NCBI GenBank assembly: GCA_964016885.1
Contig: OZ024741.1
Location: 144,832,001 to 144,896,000, forward strand
Source: Eledone cirrhosa
Taxonomy: Eukaryota
Direction: 5' to 3'
Length of the DNA: 64,000 nucleotides
The notes below the pieces were generated by a model. That model was not told the origin of the DNA. It searched no databases and was given only the letters and a program-made list of their open reading frames with translations. Made by a program: the position numbers and the translations under genes. Shown piece by piece: positions 54,564 to 64,000 of the stretch (its first letter is position 1; every line of letters begins with the position of its first letter).

Positions 54564-55706
54564 CTATGGTAGAACTAGAGAAGAAATTCCAATCTTGGAA
54601 GCAGGGACTAGAAAGAAAGGGTCTCAAAGTCAACATGTCAAAGACTAAGGTCCTTGTAAGTAGACCAGAAAACAGAACCCAGATTCCCTCAGGGAAATGG
54701 CCTTGCTCACTATGTAGGAAAGGTGTAGGTAGGAACTCCATTCTCTGCTCCAAATGCAAACAATGGGTACACAAGAGATGTAGTAGGATCTCAGGAAGCT
54801 TAATTAAGAATGTAGGCTTCACATGCAGCAGCTGTGCTGGGACAGCAAGCAGCAAACAGCCACAGGAAACAAGTACCACCAATCTCTGGGAGGGCTTTGT
54901 AGAAATAGTAGACAGCTTCTGCTACCTAGGTGACCAAATTAGCAGCGGAGGTGGGTGTTCAGTAGAATAACTAGGGTAAGAACGGGATGGAAGAAGTTCA
55001 GGGAACTACTGCCACTGCTAGCTGCAAAAGGCTTCTCCCTCAAAATGAAAGGCAGACTGTATGATGTGTGTATCCGAACAGCAATGTTACATGGTAGTGA
55101 GACCTGGGCGCTGAAGGTGGAAGACTTACGTAGATTAGAGAGAAACGAAGCTTGCATGCTCCGATGGATGTGAAATAGTAATATACGCGAACGATAAAGC
55201 ATAAATGAATTGAGAGAGAGACTAAGCATAAGAGGAATCAAATGCTGTGTGCAGGAGAGGCGGTTGCGTTGGTATGTACATGTGTTGCGTATGAAGAATG
55301 ACAGCCGCATAAAAAGGTGCAGAGCACTAGAAGTCAATGGAAACCGCGGAGTGGGGAGACCCAAGAAGACCTAGGATGATGTGATAAAAGCCGACCTTAC
55401 CCAATTACACCTCTCAAAGGCGATGACACACGACCGTGACCTCTGGCGTCACGCAGTAATACAGAGTACCCGACCTCCCATGGGTACAAGCTGAAGCATA
55501 TAGACAATATGCCCCCACACGCTCCCACTACAAGGTGGTCGTGGAGGTGCCACGGCAAAAAAGCACCCAGCCCACACTGTAAAGTGGACGTGTAGGCGTC
55601 ACGGAAAAAGCACCCAGCACTCACTGTAAATGAGGTTGGTGTTAGGAAGAGCATCCAGCTGTAGAAATAAAGCCAAAATCGGTGATGATGATGATGATGA
55701 TGATGA
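54563..55706 (+). mobile_element. 5'-truncated copy of the 24.7-28.2 kb RTE LINE
   Basis: Closely matches ~26993-28110 including the PHD-like finger; contains stops and frameshifts. Confidence 0.9.
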
Positions 55707-55913
55707 TATATATATATACACACACACATATATATATATACACACACACATATATATATATATATATACACACACATATATATACACACACACACACATA
55801 TATATATATATACACACATACACATATATATACACACACATATATATATACACACACACACACATATATATATATATACACACACACACATATATACACA
55901 CACACATATATAT

Positions 55914-55944
<31 letters not shown>

Positions 55945-56173
55945 CATATATATGTTTCTGTGTATATATATATATATCATCATCATCATCACCGTTTTAC
56001 GTCCGTTCTTCCATGCTAGCATGCGTTAGACGGGTTGTCCTGTTGTGGGCAGTGTCTGGTCGGCTGACCATGCCTTGCTCATACAGGAACTGATTTTGGC
56101 TTGATTTCTACAGCTGGATGCCCTTCCTGATGATTTCTAAAGAATGAAACAGTTCTAGTCCTGTAGAATCTCA

Positions 56174-56206
<33 letters not shown>

Positions 56207-56208
<2 letters not shown>

Positions 56209-56404
56209 CGAAGGAAATGTGGTAAGGAACCAGGTGGACCATAACGCACCAAAGTACTCAATACTTGAGGTAGTAGAGTGGGTAATAGGAACCAGTAAGA
56301 CCCCGACAGCTGAGCTCAAGCCGTTTCGACGGCTAATTCTGGACTCAGAGTCCAGAATTAGCCGTCAAAACGGCTTGAGCTCAGCTGTCGGGGTCTTACT
56401 GGTT

Positions 56405-56409
<5 letters not shown>
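56207..56409. mobile_element. Fold-back element family D (62-bp arms, 1-nt loop, ~78-nt tail)
   Basis: 56285-56346 is the reverse complement of 56348-56409; in (TA)n. Confidence 0.7.
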
Positions 56410-56431
<22 letters not shown>

Positions 56432-56438
<7 letters not shown>

Positions 56439-56679
56439 TAAAAGGAAAAGAAAATGCTGACAAATTGTTCCCAGTGAAAAATACTTTAATTAGGAATAAG
56501 CAAAAATTAGTAATAAGTATTGGTTAGTATTCAGTTTTAAGTTTTTACCGGTTGTGCATTTCTAATGCTTTTCAAAAATAATTTTGAGATAGAGCGCAAA
56601 GCGCTCTATCTCAAAATTATTTTGCATTTTCTTTTCCTTTTACCAATATATCACAACTCGTGTGTTACACCTCTATTCT
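56432..56679. mobile_element. Fold-back element family G copy with internally deleted right arm
   Basis: GAGATAGAGCGC-AAA-GCGCTCTATCTC hairpin; same GTGTGTTACACCTCTATTC tail as 33639-33657. Confidence 0.7.
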
Positions 56680-56693
56680 GTTTGTGTGTGTGT

Positions 56694-57105
56694 GTGAACG
56701 TAAATCTGACCTTCAATTTCCGAATAGGAAGCCCAACCATCGGAGATGATGCGGCTGTCTGGCAAAATCCCTGCTGAATGATGGGGACGAGAGTGTCACG
56801 GCTTCGATTTGGGACTTCTACAAGGCAGCAGCGTCCAGAATGGCGTTCAACAGCGCAGAAGACCAAGTGGCCTTGTCTCCACAGGCAACGATGATACTTT
56901 CTATGGAAGTATGTACATCGACAATGATGGACTCACCATTCTGCAAGCCTCATTACAAGATGGTTGGGCTTCCTATTCGGAAATTGAGGAAATTGAAGGT
57001 GGGATTTACGTTCATGATGTTTGTAGATCCTGCGGACCCTGATGTGCACACACAGCTCATAGAGAACACATGGAACCGTGCAAAGAAGAAGCTTCATCGC
57101 CAGCA
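56694..57105. pseudogene. Rearranged Merlin (IS1595/ISXO2-like DDE) transposase relic
   Basis: Minus 56694-56866: VFCAVERHSGRCCLVEVPNRSRDTLVPIIQQ/ILPDSRIISDGWASY; plus 56959-57105: DGWASYSEIEEIEGGIYVH/FVDPADPDVHTQLIENTWNRAKKKL. Confidence 0.75.
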
Positions 57106-57322
57106 TATTTCGTTTAAACACACACAAAATGTAAACACGACGTTCGAAAATGAAAATAAATTTACTTTCATTCTTGCGACCGCTAAAAGTAAGGAACGCC
57201 ATATATAGAATAACTATGTAGCTTGTGCCTCTTCCTATCTACGGTTAGCTTTCCTCTTTGTTGTTACTTGTCTCACTCGCTTTACGCGTTTTAATTGTCC
57301 TAATAACTTAATTTAGTTATTA

Positions 57323-57435
57323 TTGCACCAACGTGAGGTATATGATTTTTAATGCAATGAAATATCTATGATCGTTGGCAAATCACTGATGAGGGACTCA
57401 TTTTATAACATGTTATCCATGTGCAGCCTGCAGTA
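57323..57435 (+). ncRNA. Second copy of the candidate structured RNA at 19768-19875
   Basis: GAAA(57359)-TATC-TA-TGAT-CGTTGGCAA-ATCA-CTGATGA(57386); upstream CCAACG. Confidence 0.45.
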
Positions 57436-57453
57436 TTATTCTCCCCATTTTTT

Positions 57454-57534
<81 letters not shown>

Positions 57535-57538
<4 letters not shown>

Positions 57539-57791
57539 TAAAATAACAGATTAAAGTTTAAGCAAAGAATCGCTGCTTTCACCCTTAACGGGATCTTTTG
57601 AAACTAACTAATGTGTTCTCTATGAGCTGTGTGCACATCAACGTCCGCAGGTTAGTTTCAGAAGATCCCGTTAAGCAGCGATTCTTTGCTTAAACTTTAA
57701 TCTGTTATTTCAATAAATATTTGCTTTACGGTTCTTATATATTTGATATATATTTATCCTTATCGAGCCCTCTTTGGATTTTAGTCTTCAA

Positions 57792-57795
<4 letters not shown>
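57535..57795. mobile_element. Fold-back element family F, copy 2, with foreign sequence in its loop
   Basis: Arms 57535-57608 / 57651-57716; tail matches 32228-32317. Confidence 0.7.
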
Positions 57796-57822
<27 letters not shown>

Positions 57823-58039
57823 GAATGCTATGGTTGACGGAGGCTCGGCTCTGTAAGGTACTGTACATTTTGAACGCTATAACAATTGTAAATTGTTTAA
57901 AACTTAGACCAACTTGTAGACAAAAACACCCTCCTCCTCGTGAGAGGGGTCTTTCTGCCCGGTATTTGGCCCTTCGGGGTTAAATAACTGCTTATTGGGG
58001 GTTTGTACCCAATATTTATTTTAAACAAAAAAAAACAAC

Positions 58040-60139
58040 ATGGCTACGAAAAAGAATTTGCATAGGTCACTCCCACTCATTCCGTCTTCTTCTTCCTCAA
58101 TCGTCACTACAGCAGAGAGAAGATTGTCTCTCTCCCTCCCTTCTTTAAATGTGTCTCTCTCCCTCCCTTTCTTTCGCAAGTGACGAAAGAAAAGAAAAGT
58201 CTCGTGCAAAGCATGCAGGGTTTCTCCACGACGACAGCGACGAAACAGGTGTGCGGGAAATACGAAAACCCAGTTCATTCGTCTGACGTCAGGAATAATA
58301 GCAGTAGCAGCCGTAATAACAACAGGAACAGTGACAATGAAAACAACAGTAGCAGCCGCAACAGCATCACCAGCAGCATAAACAACAACAGCATTAGCAG
58401 CAGCAACACCAACAACAACCACAGCAACAGCGGCGGAGGCAGTAGTCGTAGTACCTGCAGCAACAACAAAAGTAACAGCAGCTCTGACGACAACAACAAC
58501 AACAGCAGCAAAGAAAAACCAATCTCATTTGCAGGTATTGCGAAAAACTTGGAAACAATCCTCATAACAAATGAGGAATTAGAGGAAGCGAAGAAGATGG
58601 TGACAAAGAATGGACACCGAGCAATCTGCAAGGCAGCGGAAACATTTTTCGAAACCCAACAGCACTGTACGGTCACGTACCGTACAGTAAGTACAAAATC
58701 CCGTAGGGTGGAAAGAGCCACAGAGGCTCAGATACAAAAAGCCTTGGGGTCTGTGTGGCAGCGGAAAACGCACATCACCCGAGGCAAAAAATATGCCACC
58801 GTAGACGTACTTTTTGCCACACCCCAGGAGGCAAAGGCCCAATCCGTAGTGACCCTAAGGAGCGAGGAAATGGTGTTGGTGCCCTCCTACTGCGGACAAA
58901 AAATTGTGAGGGTCAAACTGACCCACGTCCCCCCCCTGAATGGCCCCTTCTTGGCTGGCCGCGTCTGTCCTCGTCGGAATCGAGGACAAAACAACTGTAC
59001 TGCAAGTACAGAAAAAAGTAAGAGAAGATTGGGTCGGCACCTCCATTGAGATGCTAATCCAAACCAACCAGGAGTGCATCGAAGCTATCCCGGATGTGAT
59101 AGACTTCGATAACGGCACTCAACTGCCTATAAGTGTTGAGGGAAAACGCCCGAAATGCTTTCGCTGTGGATCGAAGACTCCCCTCAGGGCCTTCTGCAAC
59201 GAGAAAACCCTGAGAAAGGAGAAAACCCCCCTCCTTCCGAAACCGGCTCCACGGCTACCAGCAACAGGACAAGCGGCAACCAGGAACGATAGGTCCGTGG
59301 CACCCATACCCACGCCACGGAAATCAAAAACAGCAGCAGCAGTGGAAGTATTAACAACAACAACAACAGCAATACCAAATGCAGCTGCAACAGAGACTCC
59401 AGTGCAAACATCACCAACAACAACAAGTGAAAGAGTGGAGCTGGTACCCCTCCCCGACCTCACAGAATCAGACATGGAGTGTGAGGTGGGAGAAGGATGG
59501 CAAAAGGTCGTAAGAAGGCACAAACGCAGAAGCAGCGCATCGTCGCCTTTGAAAAGGGAGGAAAGAAATGAGAAAAGGGTAAAGTCTACTGCAAAGAAAC
59601 CCACAGCAGCAACACCACCAACACCATCACCACCCACACTAGCACCACCATCACCACCGGCGACAACCCCACCGCCAACAACACCTTCAACACCGCCACC
59701 ACAAGCACCAACATCGCAAACACAACAACAAAACACACACACCCAGCAACAACGACAAGAAAATAGCAGAACCACACCCCACCCCCAGAAAAACAAATTC
59801 ACGGCAATAAATACACACGACAAGAAACTAATGACTTACATAATTGAACACACAGACATTTCACAACAGGACTACATAATACCAGCACCAATCAAAACGC
59901 CAACTAACATAAGACTGCTAAAAATAGCACAGAAACAATACACAAACATTAAAACGAAATTCCCCAACGCAGTTGGTGATTTCAGGGACCTAGGAGGAAC
60001 CATCAATCGAAGAGTATATTCAGACATTCTCTTAGAAGAGCCGACGACCAGCCGAAGGGACGATTCAACGGTCCCTTCACCAGACGATCAAGTGAAAAGG
60101 GATGTAAAAACCATCCCTCCTCTACCAAAAGTACGGTAA
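58040..60139 (+). pseudogene. Tx1-like ORF1 (gag-like), frameshifted
   Basis: Split into 58040-58183, 58180-~58937 and 58940-60139; N/S-rich N-terminus, knuckle CFRCGSKTPLRAFC (CX2CX4HX4C with H>P), P/T-rich linker; one shift at a poly-C run ~58929-58937. Confidence 0.7.
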
Positions 60140-60174
60140 GTGGTCTTTCCCATCTTTTCCACTCTATTTTAAAC

Positions 60175-63100
60175 ATGACCTCACTCAGAATAGGCAGCAT
60201 AAATGCGCGTGGCTTGGGGTCGTCATGGAAGCAGGGTCACCTGCTCAACGACCTCAGGTCACTAAACATAGATGTAGTGGCCATCAGCGAGACCAGAATC
60301 TCCGAAGCACGGGCCTTCGCACCGATCTTCGGCGGCTACGATGTGTACGCATCTCCCAGCCGTCCTGGATCGGGTGGAGGATTTGCTGTGCTTTTTCGGA
60401 GAGGTTTGGATCTCGCCATACGGGCCATCTTCCTGGACCCAGAGGGTAAGCTGGTGGTGCTGGACGTGACCAGCGGAGACGGGCAAGCTTTCAGGCTAGT
60501 GGCCGTCTATGCCCCGACAGGAGCAGGGCGGCCTGATTTCTTCCGGCGTCTGGAGACCTTTCTTGGAACGTCCCGCTCTTTAGTGTTAGTGGGCGACTGG
60601 AACGGGATCTTAGATGCACGCTGGGACTGTGTGGGATTAGCGGATAGGGGTGGAGGGTGCAAGAGCCTCACCAACCTGCTCAGGCGTTTTGAACTGTCTG
60701 ACAGGTACCGATTGGATTTCCCGAATGTGCCAATGTGGACTTGGACAAATCGCATAGGGTCATCCAGATCATATCTAGATAGAGTATTTTGTAGGGAAAT
60801 AGATAGGTCTAGCATAGGCTGTCCACAATTCAAGATAGTCAGCTACACGGACCACAAATTCGTGATCTGTGTGCTTGACTTAGATAGGCTTCATAGACGA
60901 GGACCCGGCTACTGGAAGCTAAACGCGTCCTTACCAGCGCGCAAGGCCTACAGAGACCGGATTAGCGAACTAGTTAAGCGGGCGTTGACGGGGGCCATCG
61001 TCAACAACAAGTGGTGGTTTGCTCTGAAAAGAGCGATTAGAATAGAATCGATTAGGCTTAGTAAGGCTTTAGCAATAGAGAAAAATAGAGCAGAGGGAGA
61101 ACTAGTTAGAAAATTAGACGAGGCGCTTAGCAAAGGCATTGCGACCGACGTGCTTGCGGCGAAATTGGCCCTTGACAAATTCTTCAATGCAAAGCACGAA
61201 GGCTGCGTTGTCAGAGCAAGAGTGCGTGCTCTCAGACACGAGGGTACGAAAGCCGTTCAATGGGCCCGAGTGGCGGAGGCGCGTCGTGGCAACAAAGCCA
61301 CGATCCGGTCTTTGGTGGACCACGACGGGCGCATGCTACTCGATCCCGGGCAAATGTGTGAAGCTTTTCAGCGACACTTCGCTCAGCTGTTCGGGGGCAG
61401 TGGTGGGCCGGGTAGAGGGATGGACTTTAGTGTCTACCTCGACGGACTGCCGCGGCTCTCGGCCACTGAGGCGAAGTCTTGCGAAAAGCCGATAACAGCC
61501 GCTGAAGTAAGGGAGGCAATGACTGGCTGCATAAGGGGTAAATCGCCTGGTTTGGATGGTCTGCCCTATGAACTTTACGTACAGATGCCAGACTTGTTCG
61601 GAGGCCTCTTGGCGGACGTCTACTGCAACTGGCAACAGAACGGGAGAATTCCCAGTTCTGTGAGCCGAGGAGCGGTGGCACTGCTGAGAAAGGATCCGAA
61701 CAAGGGGGATAACATAGATAATTTCCGGCCCATAACTCTGCTAAACACAGAGTTCAAGATTTTGGCCAAGGTGCTAGCAAAGAGGTTGGCGCTTGTCGTT
61801 GGTGGTCTGGTGGGAGAGGCGCAGACATGCGCCATTCTCGACAGATCCATCCACGACAACCTCCACCTCATGCGATACATCATAGAGAGGGTAGCTAAGG
61901 AACCTGGCACGGGTGGGTCCTTGATCAATTTAGATCAGTCGAAAGCTTTCGATAGGGTCGACCATCGTTACCTAGCGGCAGTTCTGAGGGCGGCTGGCTT
62001 TGGGCCCGTCTTCAGAGGCTGGATCGCTGCCATGCACAGCGACATCTGCTCTGTGGTGAGAGTGAACGGTCACCTGTCGGAACCGTTCAACATCATGCGC
62101 TCGGTCCGCCAAGGATGTCCCCTCTCGTCCCTCTTGTACGTATTGACTCTCGAGCCATTACTGCACAAACTGGAGACGTTGAGGGTGGTCCCGCGCGAAC
62201 TAGGATGCGGAAGATCCGTGTCAGCATATGCGGACGATGTCACCGTAGTGGTGTCGAACGCCAAACACATCGAGGCGATCGGCACTACACTAAGAGAATA
62301 CGAAGCGGTGACAGGAGCAATGATCAACCAGGAAAAGTCAGTGGGCCTGCAGCTCGGCACCTGGAGAGGCAGGTCCATGCCGTCCAACAGCGTCGTCGGA
62401 CGCTGGACGGACGGACCGGTTAAATTGCTAGGGGTCTGGTTCGGTCCGGACCTCCAGACGGACAAAAACTGGGACGAGGTGACGAGCAGGGTGGCTTCTC
62501 TCACCCAGAAATGGGCGGAGAGGAAGCTATCCCTGAAAGGTCGAGCGGAGGTGGCTAACGCGTACATCGCGTCTGTCATCTGCTACCGCCTGACCGTCGT
62601 ACCTTGTCCTAAGCCTCGCCTGACTGCGCTGGGGCGTTTGCTCTTTCGCTTTTTGTGGAAGGGACGTGCTCCGATGGTCAGGCGGTCCATCTGTTGTCAA
62701 CACCCGCTACGTGGAGGGCTGGGCATGCCGTGGCTGATGATGCGCAGGCACGCGCTCAGGCTACGACATCTCCACCTCTTCCTCGACGGTGATCAGGTGT
62801 GGTCGCCGTTTGCTAGACGCGTATTTCCCCAGCTCGTTTCCTTGACGGAGCTGCAGTCCTGGGTCAAGCGAAGACCGAGAGGGAGCGCCTGGAGACTGGA
62901 ATGTCTTCAGGCGCTCACAGCCCTCGACCAATCGGGCAATGTGATCGGTGGAAACTCCACCTCGGCGTTCTATAGAGGATTAGTGGAGGGGAAGAGCGAC
63001 GACGTACTTGGGGAAACTCTAGGCGTCGACGAAAATCAACTAGCCAATCTCTTCAGAAGAACTTTCGGGCCGGGGCCTATGGACAACTTCCAGAAATCTC

Positions 63101-63594
63101 TGGCCTGGCAGTGCTACCGAGGAGCCTTGCCAGTTCGGGATAAACTCTACAGGCATGGAGGTGCCGTCAGCCGGGCATGTCCGAGATGCGCGCAGGGCGA
63201 CGAAACCGTCCTGCACGCACTCGTCCAGTGTCCGAAAATTGCTGACTTGTGGGTTTATGTCGAACACCTGCTGTCGCGTTTAGGACGGATCCGGCTATCA
63301 GCTGAGTCCATCGTGAGGATTGCCCCGCCCTCCTCCTTTAGCCGGGAAGGGCAGGCAGTTTTTATCTGCCTGGTGGCCATGGCGAAAGAGATAGTATGGT
63401 GGACACGTTTGAAAGGGCTGAAGACGAGCACTTACCTCTTCGGTGATGCTCTGATTGACTTTTTCAAATTTCATTTGAAAAGGAAAATCAGAGTAGAGAG
63501 GGAAGTGCTCTCTTCCCAGCATTTTGTTAAAAGATGGATGAGAGAAGCAAGAATGGCCCGAGTGAATGGGCCTACTCTGAGCATATATCTGTAA
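60175..63594 (+). CDS. Tx1-like ORF2: APE endonuclease + reverse transcriptase + zinc knuckle (1139 aa)
   Basis: NARG, GDWN, TDH, KSPGLDG, RQGCPLS, YADD, CPRC...HALVQC; colinear paralog of 14785-18222. Confidence 0.92.
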   Translation: MTSLRIGSINARGLGSSWKQGHLLNDLRSLNIDVVAISETRISEARAFAPIFGGYDVYASPSRPGSGGGFAVLFRRGLDLAIRAIFLDPEGKLVVLDVTSGDGQAFRLVAVYAPTGAGRPDFFRRLETFLGTSRSLVLVGDWNGILDARWDCVGLADRGGGCKSLTNLLRRFELSDRYRLDFPNVPMWTWTNRIGSSRSYLDRVFCREIDRSSIGCPQFKIVSYTDHKFVICVLDLDRLHRRGPGYWKLNASLPARKAYRDRISELVKRALTGAIVNNKWWFALKRAIRIESIRLSKALAIEKNRAEGELVRKLDEALSKGIATDVLAAKLALDKFFNAKHEGCVVRARVRALRHEGTKAVQWARVAEARRGNKATIRSLVDHDGRMLLDPGQMCEAFQRHFAQLFGGSGGPGRGMDFSVYLDGLPRLSATEAKSCEKPITAAEVREAMTGCIRGKSPGLDGLPYELYVQMPDLFGGLLADVYCNWQQNGRIPSSVSRGAVALLRKDPNKGDNIDNFRPITLLNTEFKILAKVLAKRLALVVGGLVGEAQTCAILDRSIHDNLHLMRYIIERVAKEPGTGGSLINLDQSKAFDRVDHRYLAAVLRAAGFGPVFRGWIAAMHSDICSVVRVNGHLSEPFNIMRSVRQGCPLSSLLYVLTLEPLLHKLETLRVVPRELGCGRSVSAYADDVTVVVSNAKHIEAIGTTLREYEAVTGAMINQEKSVGLQLGTWRGRSMPSNSVVGRWTDGPVKLLGVWFGPDLQTDKNWDEVTSRVASLTQKWAERKLSLKGRAEVANAYIASVICYRLTVVPCPKPRLTALGRLLFRFLWKGRAPMVRRSICCQHPLRGGLGMPWLMMRRHALRLRHLHLFLDGDQVWSPFARRVFPQLVSLTELQSWVKRRPRGSAWRLECLQALTALDQSGNVIGGNSTSAFYRGLVEGKSDDVLGETLGVDENQLANLFRRTFGPGPMDNFQKSLAWQCYRGALPVRDKLYRHGGAVSRACPRCAQGDETVLHALVQCPKIADLWVYVEHLLSRLGRIRLSAESIVRIAPPSSFSREGQAVFICLVAMAKEIVWWTRLKGLKTSTYLFGDALIDFFKFHLKRKIRVEREVLSSQHFVKRWMREARMARVNGPTLSIYL

Positions 63595-63842
63595 ATTAAA
63601 GGTGGAAAACTGGGAGAGGGCACTTGCCTTGGTGGTCAGGGTCATTGTGGCTTTTTACTGGGCTTTCTCCACAAATGTCCCTCCGAAGTCTCCCCCCTAT
63701 TGGGGAATTTTTCATTGTTATTTTTTGTTACATCCTCTGTTTTTGTTTTTTACACGCAGAAATGCCCATTTGTACCGTCCTGCATTGTCCTGCACTGTCC
63801 TTAATGTCTACTTTATGTAAACCCTTGTGGTTAATAAAGAAA

Positions 63843-63876
<34 letters not shown>

Positions 63877-63879
63877 AAA

Positions 63880-64000
63880 GGCGGTGGATTGGCAGTATCG
63901 GTAGAGGGTCGGACGCCATGCTTTGACGCAAAGAGTTACAGCCCTTTCCATTCTGAGTTCAAATCCCGCCGAGGTTAACTTTTCCTTTCATCCTTACGGG
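63880..64000 (+). mobile_element. SINE family 1 copy (cut by window end)
   Basis: GGCGGTGGATTGGCAGTATCGG...GAGTTCAAATCC. Confidence 0.8.

Larger units (their letters stand above)
57823..63843 (+). mobile_element. Apparently full-length Tx1/L1-clade non-LTR retrotransposon flanked by (ATT)n on both sides
   Basis: 5' UTR, disrupted ORF1, intact ORF2, 3' UTR ending TAATAAAGAAAT; (TAT)n at 57795-57822 and 63845-63873. Confidence 0.88.

Overview
AT-rich eukaryotic animal DNA, probably cephalopod/octopus (inferred from the SINE/LINE types and the very high (TA)n/(TATACA)n content). It is almost entirely repeats. Contents: two Tx1/L1-clade non-LTR retrotransposons with intact ORF2s (14.5-18.6 kb on -, 57.8-63.8 kb on +), a near full-length frameshifted RTE LINE (24.7-28.2 kb) plus many RTE fragments, a CR1 fragment, two tRNA-derived SINE families, TTAA-type MITEs, a Helitron/DINE-like element, a rearranged Merlin (IS1595/ISXO2-like) transposase relic, a ~5 kb 38-bp satellite, and one probable host exon (type II membrane anchor resembling NAALADase/GCPII). 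The most interesting signal is not in the ORF track: the (TA)n tracts hold at least 8 unrelated families of short non-coding elements, several carrying hammerhead ribozyme (HHR) motifs. These include a 4 x 310-bp head-to-tail HHR array (retrozyme-like, predicted to yield monomeric or circular RNA), fold-back elements with a short arm, long arm and unpaired tail resembling Penelope-like (PLE) pseudo-LTRs, a two-copy structured RNA with HHR boxes in permuted order and a covarying pseudoknot, and a Penelope-type GIY-YIG endonuclease fragment. All structures were read by eye. No folding or database search was run, and coordinates are approximate.
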